Part shown: positions 39,801 to 51,093 of the stretch, in pieces
How positions within the stretch are numbered: the first letter of the stretch is position 1
Layout: the number at the start of each line of letters is the position of its first letter
The notes under the pieces: model-generated
The model's input: the letters and a program-made list of their open reading frames with translations, nothing else
Database searches by the model: none
What the model was told of the DNA's origin: nothing
Program-made: the position numbers and the translations under genes
DNA from: Macrostomum lignano
Lineage: Eukaryota
NCBI GenBank assembly: GCA_002269645.1
Contig: NIVC01000070.1
Coordinates: forward strand, 62,001-126,000
Reading direction: 5' to 3'
DNA length: 64,000 bases

Positions 39801-42209
39801 TTAAAAAATTCTGCACCAAAGCAAGGTTTAGCCATAAATAAAATTGTCCAGTTGAATTTCTGCTAGTTTTTTAGAACTGGACTTTGATCAAAATTGAATG
39901 TAAAAAGGTATAATAACCAAATATTGTCTTATATAGTATATATTATAGTTTAAACTAAGAATTTTTATGCTGGTTACATGACCTTTACTAAGTAAGTTAG
40001 TCTAAAGATAAAAGTCCTTAGCCTATTTCTATATTTTAGTTTTGAGTTATAAAATTGGATTTTAACTATACTCAAATAAGAATCATTAAATTAAGTTTAA
40101 CTAATTACAAAGCCTAGTAGAGCCAAACTAGAAGTAAATTTGATCATTGGCCCCTAATCTATACTATAGAATAAGTCTAATGATAATGGTAAGTTATCTT
40201 GGTTATTGCATAAATTTTGTAATACTATTAGTAAATAGATCAGCCTAGACCTAGTTAGGAATTATATGCTTGATGACTTTAATATATAGCCAAGGGCAAA
40301 AGGTAATGTCATTGCTAAGTCATTTACTATGTAGCCTTATTTTAGAATGAGTTTTAAATAGGCATATGATTAATATGTTCTTTTCTTTTACCTATCTCTA
40401 ATAACAAAACTATTTTAATTTTTCCAGCTCAACAGACCAGCAAAGGAGCAGCAGCCCATCCAGGGTCCTAAGGAAGCAAGGAAGAACCAATGGCCCAATT
40501 TATTGCTACAAAAACAGACCAGCTCAACAGACTGATTTATTTATTGCTGCAAAAACGTATTTCCTCACCATAATCCTAAAATGCATTAGCTCTAATTAAT
40601 TCATTAAAATATAAATAGTATCTTGAGTCTTGCTAAAAATGTTGTCAATTTAATGTTTTGTTGAAGTGGTTGTTTGCAATTGGCATAAGTTGGTTTTGTT
40701 TTCTGAACTTGTTTGTTATTTTCTAATGGGCAAGTGTGTATTTATGTGTATGAGGGAATCAATTAACTGAGTACTCTACTCTCCTATGAAACAAAAATCA
40801 ATGCAGTATACTAATTGTATGTATTACTAGTAGTAGCAAGATAAAAAGCGAAATTATAATCAGAATTGCTTAAGCAAATTGTAATTTGATTGCCAATCCT
40901 CTTGTGCTAATTACAATTTAATTGTCACAATTGCAATCTAATTGTAATCTGCTTGTCGAGATTGCAATTTAATTATAATTTGCTTATCAAGATTGACAAT
41001 CAATTGCCAATTAATTTGCAATAATTGCCCAATTTTGCAAATTCAATTGTAATTAATGCGCAATTATCACTATTTTGGGCGTCTTGGGACTGAAGCAATG
41101 CAGAGTTAAGTGTTTTGCTCAAGGACACAAATTGTTCCAGTGGGATCGGGAATCGAACCCCCACCTTCAAGTTGAGTCCGACGCTCTAACCACTAGGCTA
41201 CAACCCCTAGGTATACCCTAGTGTATACCAACTTGTTTGATAAGATACACTAGCAGAATAGAACTTGTTATCCAGCGCAGTGCTTTTTATGTGCCAGTGG
41301 CCCGGCTCGATTCAAAATGCAGTCTAAGCTAATGCACTGATTTGGGACTAAATTGGAATCTCGACTTGGCTCTGCTCGTGCAATTAGCGCTCTTGAGGGC
41401 CAACACCCAAAGCACAGTGAAGCGTACATGCTTAACGATAAATAAAGTTAGAGCCACTGAACACTCGTGTGAGTGTTGCCTGTGCGTATGACTGCGTACG
41501 TATCCACGCGCTTGTGTGCCTGCTCAGGGGAATCGGTGGAATGGGCAGCAATGCCTCTGGCCGGTTGTGTGACAATGTCGCTTAAAGTGCGCCAGGGTGC
41601 ACACTCCGCTCTGCCTCTTAACTTATGACAAAACTATGCAAACATTTGGTCATGTACTGTTAAGGTACAGATCTGTAAGCTCAATTCACTCAGCCCACTA
41701 TACTAACTATCCATATATTCTAGTATACGTAGAAGAAGCAAATAGAAGCCTTTTTTTATCAAAGAGATCGGCTTGATTTTACCTTCGTAGCCATCAGGAC
41801 AGCTGCAGGAAAAGAACGGATCGGTGTATGTCATAGTGCAGTTGCCGCCATTCTTGCATACAGACAGCTTATTGATGCCCTTGTCAGGCTGCAGGGTGAA
41901 GCAGTAGTCTGCAGCTGATTCGCAGTACGGTGCGATGTAGGGCAGCACGCAGAGGCAGGGCGGGCTCTCTGTGTAGTTGTTGCAGGTGCCACCATTGTAG
42001 CAGGTAACTGCTGAGCAGTTAGCAGCTTCGACATTGTCTAAGATGCGTTAATTATGATAATATGTGGTTTTCAACATGATTAGTCAGAATATCTCGAATA
42101 ATCATTATTTTCTGATGTACAAAAAAATTAAAAATGCATTGAAAATTTGAATTTCTTCGTGATTCTTACCGAATGCAGTTAGGAGAGTGAAGAAAATGAG
42201 TAGCAACAT
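33896..42209 (-). CDS. EGF-EGF cluster gene g6: signal peptide, 2 EGF, very short stalk, TM, long tail with two Tyr motifs; 7.3-kb transposon-filled intron
   Basis: Exons 42209-42170 (MLLLIFFTLLTAF), 42037-41783, 34509-34474 (GFRCNERHKEDD), 34392-33896 (TM, KRK, tail with AVYAVVQK and VVYAMPQK). Confidence 0.78.
34600..34801 (-). mobile_element. 3' half of a family-A CORE SINE interrupted by the CMC-like element
   Basis: Reverse complement aligns with 17951-18135. Confidence 0.85.
36060..36500. repeat. 18-19-bp minisatellite (gatagcaagcatccccca)n
   Basis: Direct; internal to the CMC-like element. Confidence 0.93.
36615..38770. repeat. 23-bp minisatellite (ttatgtttgacatggtggctctt)n with higher-order duplications (about 368-bp and about 300-bp blocks)
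   Basis: Direct; ORFs 37174..37416 and 37542..37784 are near-identical at an offset of 368. Confidence 0.95.
38834..38896 (-). pseudogene. tRNA-like fragment or SINE head (A-box, GCT loop, B-box, downstream T-run)
   Basis: Minus strand TAGCCAAGATG...CTGGA CTGCTAA TGTAG...CTGGG TTCGAAT CTTAG; no acceptor stem, so not a functional tRNA. Confidence 0.45.
39671..39910. mobile_element. Older copy of the 224-bp MITE
   Basis: caccttttcatgatcaattttgatcaaaatccaattctaaaaaactagcag... with an inverted end; homologous to 42732-42955. Confidence 0.7.
41089..41207 (-). mobile_element. 5' half (tRNA head + CORE start) of the interrupted family-A SINE
   Basis: GGGGTTGTAGCCTAGTGG (A-box)...GGTTCGATTCC (B-box)...gtgtccttgagcaaaacacttaactctgcattgcttcagt. 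Confidence 0.85.
41290..41625 (+). mobile_element. SINE family B, diverged 5'-truncated copy
   Basis: Aligns to 58360-58670. Confidence 0.8.
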
Positions 42210-42731
42210 ATCCTGCGACAGTTTTGTAGAGTAAAGCATGGAATTTGGCCGCAGATGTTTTTCTCTGCACAAACTTCTCTTTTTCTACTGGCTTCTTTTT
42301 AACTGTGACTCATGTGACACAATGCGCATCTGTCTGCCTTTTAATACGCTTTGTGTGTTGTTATTGCCGCTAGGTACGAGTTTACCCTTATGTACATTTA
42401 CTTGGAATAAATGCAAGAAACTTTCATACTCTCTAACAAAACAACGAATTGTACAGTTTTTAATTTTATAACTTACGGAGGCAAACTGCTTTTGAATTTT
42501 AAATAGTACTCTCGAGTTTCTAAGCTACATCCCTGTTTCTAGAAAAGATCGTACATGATGCAATGTAAATAATGCTTTTGAGTAAATGATCAGAGACGTC
42601 AAGTTATGGTATAACCAATACGACAAGTACGAGCGTACTCGGCGGCGAATGCATTTTAGAAGTAATATAGTTATCAGCGCTGCAGCAGTTAGAGCGAGTG
42701 AGTCTTGGTTATATTACAGTTAGGGATGTTA

Positions 42732-42955
42732 CACCTTTTCACGTTCAATTTTGAACAAAGTCCAGTTCTAAAAAAACTAGCGGAAATTCAATTCAGACAA
42801 TTCAGACTGGGGACAATTTTGTCTATGGCTAAAACTCGCTTCCGTAGCAGAATGTTTTGAACTGGGTTTTGTTGCCCCAGTCTGAATTGTCTGAATTGAA
42901 TTTCCGCTAGTTTTTTTAGAACTGGACTTTGTTCAAAATTGAACGTGAAAAGGTG
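42732..42955. mobile_element. MITE, 224 bp, about 80-bp TIRs, TA TSD
   Basis: TA|CACCTTTTCACGTTCAATTTTGAACAAAGTCCAG...CTGGACTTTGTTCAAAATTGAACGTGAAAAGGTG|TA. Confidence 0.9.
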
Positions 42956-43840
42956 TATTATTAATAGACTCGTGATGCGCGAGGGAAGTTTCTAGAATGT
43001 TACTATATTTGGCATACGGGGAGAGCGTAGAATTTTCCAGAACAATGTTAGTATACATTAAAAATGGCTACTACTGTGTGTAACACGTTTTTCTGAAATC
43101 TAAAACAGATTTGATGGCTTCGCCACCAAGCTGTGAGCACAGCTGACGAAACTATGGGTCCATCCGCAAGCGAGGGAGGCTTCCGTTGCCTCTCAGGGCG
43201 TCGTGGGTTGTCCGACCCGTAGGGCGGTGGCTGTGGAAATTCTCCCCCGTATACCGGCTTGGAGCTGCCGGCTGGGGTTTCGGGTGCACCGCAGTCGACG
43301 GCATGTCGGCTTGCTGAGTTAACAGCGCTCCCGGTTTGATGTCCTCCACCAATGCATGGCGTGGTTGAAGCCGGTCATAGTGCCACCCCACCGGGTTGGA
43401 CCGCTTTGTTTTTTATTGTCACCATACATACCCATATGTAACGAATAAATCCAAAGATTTCCACTCTCATAAAACAACTTAATTGTACGCGAGAAAACAG
43501 CCATTGATTTTCTATCTTACGGAGGCAGACTGCTTTTGAATCTTTGGTACGCTTAGGTAGAAGATCGTGTATGCTGCCGTCTAAAGCAGGGCAGGGTAGA
43601 CCTAAAAAACGGCTGCAAATAATATACCTTTTTGCGATCTAGTTTGCCAAAACTGCAATCAATTTTGCCCGCGGAAAATTATCACTTATAATTTTGCTGT
43701 CTAGGCCAAGTCTGCTGAGTCATGACCAGAGTTTCAGCCACAGACAACTCTTTGAAAACTGCAATCAATTTTGCCAAAACTGCGACCTAGTTTGCCCATG
43801 GCAAGCCAAGAAGAATTTTTATTGAGAATCAATTCGGAAG

Positions 43841-46800
43841 TGTGGTGCGCAGCCTATGCGTGTACAATGCCCTTTCTCTTGCTCTCCAGCCAACGTGCTC
43901 AGTACCCCAATGTATTGCGTAACTCATAGCTGCACGTCGGCAGCTGCGTGAATATATATCGCAAATATACGGCTCTTAGAGGCCAAGATTCTTACCCGCC
44001 AAACGGACTACGAGCACTACAATGGCGTCGCAGCTAAACTTACCAAGCCCAGCGCGCTTGGACCTGCGAACAGACCCCAACACGGCCCAGACTAAATGGA
44101 AAAAGGGGTACGCACAATTTGAACTTTTCGCTGTGGCTGCAAACATCGAAGACAAAAAGCGGCTTCGCCAGCTTCTGCTGTATACAGCCGGAGAGGACTT
44201 GCAGTCGATTGCGGCCGGTCTCGGCGACAAAGAGGCAGCAGGCAAAGACGTCGAAACACTTGTAGCCGCGCTTAACGACCACTTCGACAGCAAGCGGAAT
44301 CTCCCGTTCACCCGCTATCATTTCAGGTTGTGCACGCAGCGGTCCGGCGAGCCCATCGACGAATGGCTCCAGCGCCTCAAAGATGCTGCCGACTGCTGCG
44401 GCTTCGAGGGCCTCAGAGACTCCCTGATCCGTGACCAGGTGATCGCCGGCTGCAGTTCAGAGCAGCTTCGCCGCAAGCTGCTAGCGATCAACAATGTCGA
44501 CCTGGAGCAGGCGCTTCGGGTGGCCAGAGCCATGGAGACAGCAGAGACTCAGGCAAGCCTCATGGAATCTAACGAGGCGGCGGTACAGCGACTTCGGCTT
44601 CGAGACACTGGTGCAGCGGCCTCATCAGCAGAGCGCCCAATCAAGGGACCAGCCAAGCAGCAGCCAGGCAAGCAGACCACGTGCATCAGATGCGGAGTCC
44701 CGGGCCACCGCACATGCAACGCAGCCAGAGGCAAGACGTGCGAGCGCTGCGGAAAGCGAAATCACTTGGCGAGGGCCTGCCTCTCCCGGCCGTTGGAAGC
44801 CGTCCGCGCCCTGCAGGCCGACAGCGACAGCTCAGAGCCTGAGGACAGCATCTTCTGTCTGACCGTGGCGGCCACCGGGACGGCTACAGCGGGCGCCCGC
44901 ACAACAGTGCTCGTCGACTCAACGCAGCTGGAAGTCCTGGTCGACAGCGGGGCCGACTGCAATATCTTGACAGAGAAAGCCTGGCGGAAACTTCCGCGAC
45001 CCCCGCCGCTGCAGACAGCTCGCACAAAGGTATTCGCCTTCCGCTCTTCAGAACCGCTCAGCATCCTGGGAGCCTGCAGCCTGCAGGTGACAACCGGCCA
45101 AGATAGCCAGGAGGTTCGCTTCATCGTCGTCCCCGGCGACGGCGTCAACATCCTGGGACGGGAGGCATCAACCTCACTCCGCCTTCTGAGCTTGGGGCCT
45201 CAGGTTTGCGCGATCGCAGCAGCCGAGACGGAGAACGCAGAGACCCTGGCGCTGGCCAAGCGATTTCCGGAGCTCTTCAAAGGCCTCGGAAAGGTCAAGG
45301 GTGTTTCGGTTCAGATTGGTATCAAGCCTGACGCCAGGCCCGTCTGCCATCCGCCCTCTCGGGTACCAGTGCATCTCAGAGAGGCGCTGGACCGCGAGCT
45401 GGACGAGCAAGAGCGCCTGCAGATCATCCAGCCAGTAGAAGGCCCCACGCCATGGGTCAGTCGCATCGTCGTGGTACCGAAAGAAGACGGGAAGACCGTG
45501 AGGATCACCCAGGATTTGCGAGACGTTAACAAGGCGGCCCTGAGGCAACGACACCAAATCCCGACTTTTGAAGAAGCTACCAGCGACATGACGGGGTCGA
45601 CAATCTTCACCAAGCTCGACATCTTCAAGGCGTTTCATCAAATTGAGATCAGTGAGGACAGCCGCAAGTACTTCGTCTTCTCAACGCCCAGAGGGATGCG
45701 TCAGCTGACACGCCTGAGCATGGGATTCGCCTCCGCCTCGGAGATCCTGCAGCGCGTCATGCAGCAAGTGCTGGAAGGCCTCGCTGGTGTCAAGTGGATC
45801 CACGACGACATCATCATCCACAGTCAGGGCCCTGAAGTTCACCAGGAACACGTGGCAGCCTGCCTGACCAGACTGCGTGACAATGGCATCACCCTGAATG
45901 CCAGTAAGTGCCGCTGGGGCATCGGCAAGGCCAAGTTCATAACTATGACGCTCTCCAAGTTCGGCATTCAGCCATCAGAAGAGAAAATCGCAGAGCTGCA
46001 AGCATTCAAGGATCCACAGTCTGCCAAGGAAGTCCGGTCGTTTCTCGGCCTGGCCAATCACCTCGAGAAGTTCATGCCGCACCTGGCCGACAAAGCGGAG
46101 CCGCTGAGGCGACTAACACGGAAAGGCCAGGAATTCTTCTGGGACCGCGAGCAGCAGCAGTCCTTCCAGGCCGTCAAGGACTGCATCTCTGAGGGCTGCA
46201 CGCTGGCCTTCTTCGACAAGCGGCTGCCGACCGAGCTGGTGGTCGATGCGTCACCCGTCGGCGTCGGTGCCATTCTGCAGCAGCGGCACCCAAGCGGGCA
46301 GACGCGGCCGGTGGCCTACGCGAGCCGCACGCTCAGTGACGTCGAACGGCGCTACAGCCAGATCGAGCGCGAGGCCCTGGGCGTCAAGTTCGGCTGCTTG
46401 AAGTTCGCGTTTTACCTGGAGGGCTGCCCGGACTTTGATATCTACACCGACCACAAGCCGCTGCTCGGGATCTACAGAGCAGACTCAAGGCCGCCGCCCC
46501 GGCTCGAGCGTATCATGCTGCAGACCCAGCACTTCACGTTCACACTGCACTACCGCAAAGGCGAGGACAACCCGGCAGACCCGCTGAGCCGCAATCCGCT
46601 GACAAGCGCATCGTCACACAAAGACGAGGCTGAGGACACCAGACTGTGCAACGCCGTTGTCCAAGCGGCCACCACAAAGGGCCTGACCGTCGACAGGATC
46701 CGGGCTGCGACCGAGAGAGACCCAGCTCTGGTAGTCGTCATGCGCGCCTTGGAAACAGGAAACTGGAGCTGCGGCGCGGCGAGCCCGGCGCACAGTTTTC

Positions 46801-48348
46801 GGTCCCTCAAAGACGAACTGAGCGTTCACGCAGGCCTTCTGCTCCGGGGAAACAGAATCGTGATCCCGGCAGAGCTTCAGCAGCTTACGATCGGTTTAGC
46901 GCACCAGGGCCACCTCGGACAGAAGAAGACGTGCGACCGACGACCGTCTGGTGGCCCGGCATGTCCAAGCAGGTCGAGGCGGTCGTCACTAACTGCCTCC
47001 CGTGTCAAGCGGCCCGGACCGACGGCGCCGTGAAACACCCGCCGATGCAGCCGACGCCGCTTCCGTCGGGGGCCTGGCAATCGCTCAGCGTCGACGTGTG
47101 CGGACCATTCCCAACGGGCGAGAACGTAGTTGTCTTGGTGGACTACTTCAGCCGCTACCCGGACCTCTACGTGGTGCGCAGCCTCACCAGCGCCAGCGTC
47201 ATCAAATGCGTCATTGCCTCATTCAGCCGCTTCGGTGTGCCGCAGCAGATCACTACGGACAACGCCACCTACTTCACGAGCGAAGAATTCAACGTGTTTC
47301 TGGACGGCCTCAGGGTTCGACAGCGCATGGGCACCCCACTCTACCCGGCGGCGAAAGGCGAGGTGGAGCGCTTCAACCGCAGCCTCAACAAGGCCATCAA
47401 CGCCGCCACGGCCGAAGGCAACGACTGGCGGCGGGCGATCCACGAGTGGCTGCTCGGATACCGCAACTCTGTGCACCGAGGCACCGACCGCACGCCCAAC
47501 GACCTCATGTTCAACCGAGAGACCGGCGACATCCTGCCATCTGGCCTGACAAAGCAAACCGGCAGCTCTGGACGGCAGCTGCAGCTCCACGACCGCTGCT
47601 ACAAGCAGGCGATGCGCAAGGCGGCCGACACGCGGCGTTCGGCTGCGCCACACGGCATCCTGGCAGGCGCCCGCGTGCTGCTCAGAAACCGCGGCAAGGC
47701 CAAGCTGCGCTGTCCGTTCGACCCGCGGCCTTGGCTTGTCAAGGCAGTCAGCGGCGGCGCCCTGACTCTGCAACGCGGCACGGCAGTCATTCGGCGGCAT
47801 GTGACCGAGACGAAGCCGCTTTGTGAGTGCCCCTGGGACCTTGACGAGCTGGACGGCGATCAGCGGCCGGGGGCGCCTGTGACAGAGGCAAATTCGGCCA
47901 ACGACGGTCCGATTGCGCAGAGGCCTCATCCCAGGACAGCAAAGCAGCCCGTCTGCTACAAGCAGTGACTTGATTCGAACTGAGCCGGAACGCTGTCAAA
48001 GATCGGCATGCTTTAATTGTTTAAGTATTTAATCGTTCGAAATCAAAAAAATTTGAGACTGTTTTACTAATTAATTTTTTAATCCTTCACGTTGTTTCTT
48101 GTCCAATTGTCGCAATGAAATTTTAAACCCTCTCGTATTGGACTTTTCTTTTGCTTTGGGGGAGAGATGTGGTGCGCAGCCTATGCGTGTACAATGCCCT
48201 TTCTCTTGCTCTCCAGCCAACGTGCTCAGTACCCCAATGTATTGCGTAACTCATAGCTGCACGTCGGCAGCTGCGTGAATATATATCGCAAATATACGGC
48301 TCTTAGAGGCCAAGATTCTTACCCGCCAAGCGGACTACGAGCACTACA
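43841..48348 (+). mobile_element. Ty3/Gypsy LTR retrotransposon, Mag-like, near full length
   Basis: 181-bp LTRs TG...CA at 43841-44021 and 48168-48348 (1 mismatch), PBS-like TGGCG at 44023, PPT GGGGGAGAGA at 48158-48167, 5-bp TSD GGAAG/GGGAG (1 mismatch). Confidence 0.96.
44022..47968 (+). CDS. Gag-Pol polyprotein (twin CCHC, protease DSGA, RT, RNase H, integrase) with one frameshift near 46935
   Basis: ORF 44022..47033 gives Gag-PR-RT-RH and the start of the integrase HHCC; the integrase continues in the 46646..47968 frame (VWWPGM, C..C, D-D-E core: VDVCGP, TDNA, EVERFN). Confidence 0.92.
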
Positions 48349-49419
48349 GGGAGTGTGACGAAATAAACTGTAACAGTGAACAATAAACAGCGAGTTTATA
48401 ATGGTGGACGTAGGCACACATGCTCTCAATCATAGCATTGTTAAGGGACCTCCGCTTGGCACCTCCGCGAGGCAGAGGCTCCATACGACCGGTTGCGTTG
48501 AATTGTCCAACTATGTAAGTCACGGTTCTTCGTGAGATGCCCAACAGCCTACCGAAATCTTGCCAGTCCTCTCCACCCTGATATGCTTGAATCAATCGCT
48601 GCCGGTCCTTCGCTGAAATCCTGTTATAAGGTCCACGGTGGGCCATTCTTTGATCTTGCTATGTATGTCTGTGGTGTTTTCTTTGCTATGGGCAAACTAG
48701 GTCGCAGTTTTGGCAAAATTGATTGCAGTTTTCAAAGAGTTGTCTGTGGCTGAAACTCTGGTCATGACTGAGCAGACTTAAGTAGCAAAGACAGCAAAAT
48801 TATAAGTGATATTTTTCCGCGGGCAAAATTGATTGCAGTTTTGGCAAACTAGATCGCAAAAAGGTATGTACCGTAACTGCATGCAGTAGCTTTTAAAGGA
48901 ATTTTATTAAAATGGAGGCTAAAATCAAAATAAATTACTAAAAAGAATAGATTTTTATCACAAAACACGATACAATTTTTAATTTTTGGAAAATTAATTA
49001 TCCGAGTGCTCAATATCGCAGATAGAAACTCTGCATTTGTTAATCATATATTGGATGATTCCTAAAAATTAAATATAAGTTTTCGCAGGAGGACTCTACC
49101 AATCCACCAACCTGCCTTGGTGGATTTTTGTGCACAAGCCCAAAATGATTGCGCCCGCACACGCGGAATCGAACCAGGGGTCGTGGCGCTGAGCTCTTCT
49201 GTGCCCCACCCCCGTTACCGCTCGACGAATTCTCATCTTCTGAAAAATATTTTCCAAAACACTCGATTTATGGTTCTACAGAGTTATGAATAAATGCAGC
49301 TAAACCCGTGCCGGAAGATTCAAGACTTTACGTTGCATTACAACAAATGTTTTTTTGTTTAAATTGGTCAGCATGCACCATTAGTAATGAAGTGCAAGAT
49401 TTGTTCCATTCAGTAGGGC

Positions 49420-50045
49420 GTGTTAGGGGTTGCCATTTCCTTTGATAAGTTGTCATTTCATTTGATGAGGGGTTGCCATTTCCTTTGATGATTTGTCATT
49501 TCATTTGAGGGTTTGTCATTTCATTTGAGGGGTTGTCATTTCATTTGAGGGGTTGTCATTTCCTTTGAGGGGTTGTCATTTCCTTTGATGATTTGTCATT
49601 TCATTTGAGGGGTTGTCATTTCATTTGAGGGGTTGTCATTTCATTTGAGGGGTTGTCATTTCATTTGAGGGGTTGTCATTTCATTTGAGGGGTTGTCATT
49701 TCATTTGAGGGGTTGTCATTTCATTTGAGGGGTTGTCATTTCCTTTGATGATTTGTCATTTCATTTGAGGGGTTGTCATTTCATTTGAGGGGTTGTCATT
49801 TCCTTTGATGAGTAGTCATTTCATTTGAGGGGTTATCATTTCATTTGAGGGGTTGTCATTTCATTTGAGGGGTTTTCATTTCATTTGAGGGGTTGTCATT
49901 TCATTTGAGGGGTTTTCATTTCATTTGAGGGGTTTTCATTTCATTTGAGGGGTTTTCATTTCATTTGAGGGGTTGTCATTTTATTTGAGGGGTTGTCATT
50001 TCATCTGAGGGGTTGTCATTTCATTTGAGGGGTTGTCATTTCATT
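49420..50045. repeat. 20-bp minisatellite (tcatttgaggggttgtcatt)n
   Basis: Direct. Confidence 0.95.
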
Positions 50046-50054
50046 ATCTCTCAA

Positions 50055-50195
50055 AGGGCGCCCCTGTCTCTTGGGTGGGCGCCCCTGTCTCTTAGGTTGG
50101 CATCGCCGTCTCTTAGGTGGGCGCCCCTGTCTCTTGGGTGGGCGCCCCTGTCTCTTAGGTGGGCGCCCCTGTCTCAGGTGGGCGCCCCTGTCTCT
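50055..50195. repeat. 21-bp minisatellite (gcgcccctgtctcttaggtgg)n, probably inside a decayed hAT-like non-autonomous element ending near 50326-50345
   Basis: Direct repeat; followed by a poly-C...gcatacgccac end resembling the 56768 element and a tggcaaccct hAT-like end. Confidence 0.75.
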
Positions 50196-51093
50196 TAAGG
50201 GGTTTCGTCGGGTTTGGCTGCCTCTTTTGTTAATTTTTGGAGGAGCGCAACGTTCTCTGGGAGCGGTATTTTTGTCGGATGATCGCGGGACCACTGCCCC
50301 CCCCCCTGGCCCTTTGCATACGCCACAAGAAGAGTGGCAACCCTTAAAATACAGTACAGGTGGATTAGACTAATTTTTTGCCAAAAGCATTGCATCAAGT
50401 AGGATTTTGCCCCAAAAAATTCTAAAAAGAATTCTTTTTTAGAAGCTGTAAGTTTGTTTGAATTTGCTTGCTTGCCAGTCTAGAGTAGTACTTTTCCAAA
50501 GCCAAATTTGATAAGCTTGTGAAAGACAAAACGGCATGCTGGCTTTAAATGATCCTCGGAAATTGCCATAACAGGTTTTCATACTATTAAATTGATCAAA
50601 TAACATCATACTGAAGTATTAACTCTTAGTGTGTTTTCCTACATTCCGAGTAGAATGAATACAGCAAATCAAGGCACCACATTTTCAATTAGTTCCTTTT
50701 CCGGCACAAAACATGGCAGTAAATTAATACAACTTTCTGCAGCCAACCGTGAAGCTCGGTGCATACGAGCTAATTAATTTAGCTTTTTGTTGCACGAGCT
50801 CGCAGAGTTCCTGCAAAACAAAACTAGCTATCTATTCAATATAATGTATAATCTAAATCGAACCTGGAATCGTCAAAAGCTACACTTGCATTCAATAAGT
50901 GCCGCTACCCAGCTTTTTGACGTTACTATTTAACACTTTCATTTGCAAATTTAGTGAACAAAAGAAATATGCTGCTGCAAAAAGTTGTCAATGGATTTAT
51001 ACAAATGCCATGACAGGTTGAGGCGTTTCCTAATTATCAAAATTGTTGCATAAATTCAGCAACTCAGCATAGCGTTCCATTAGTTTACAAAGT

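Larger units (their letters stand above)
34802..41088. mobile_element. Non-autonomous CMC/EnSpm-like DNA transposon, 6287 bp, no transposase ORF
   Basis: TIRs CCCAAGACACCC / GGGCGTCTTGGG (11/12), 2-bp TSD AC (34800-34801, 41089-41090) defined by the interrupted SINE, dense subterminal AATTGC/GCAATT repeats at both ends; 5'-CMCWR termini with 2-4 bp TSDs fit the CMC superfamily. Confidence 0.75.
43625..48866 (-). mobile_element. Internally deleted IS630-Tc1-mariner-type DNA transposon (about 0.73 kb without the nested LTR element)
   Basis: About 180-bp TIRs (43625-43803 and about 48686-48866); 48646-48349 encodes a transposase N-terminal HTH (RISAKDRQRLIQAYQGG...FGRLLGISRRTVTYIV...GRMEPLPRGG); catalytic domain absent. 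Confidence 0.8.
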
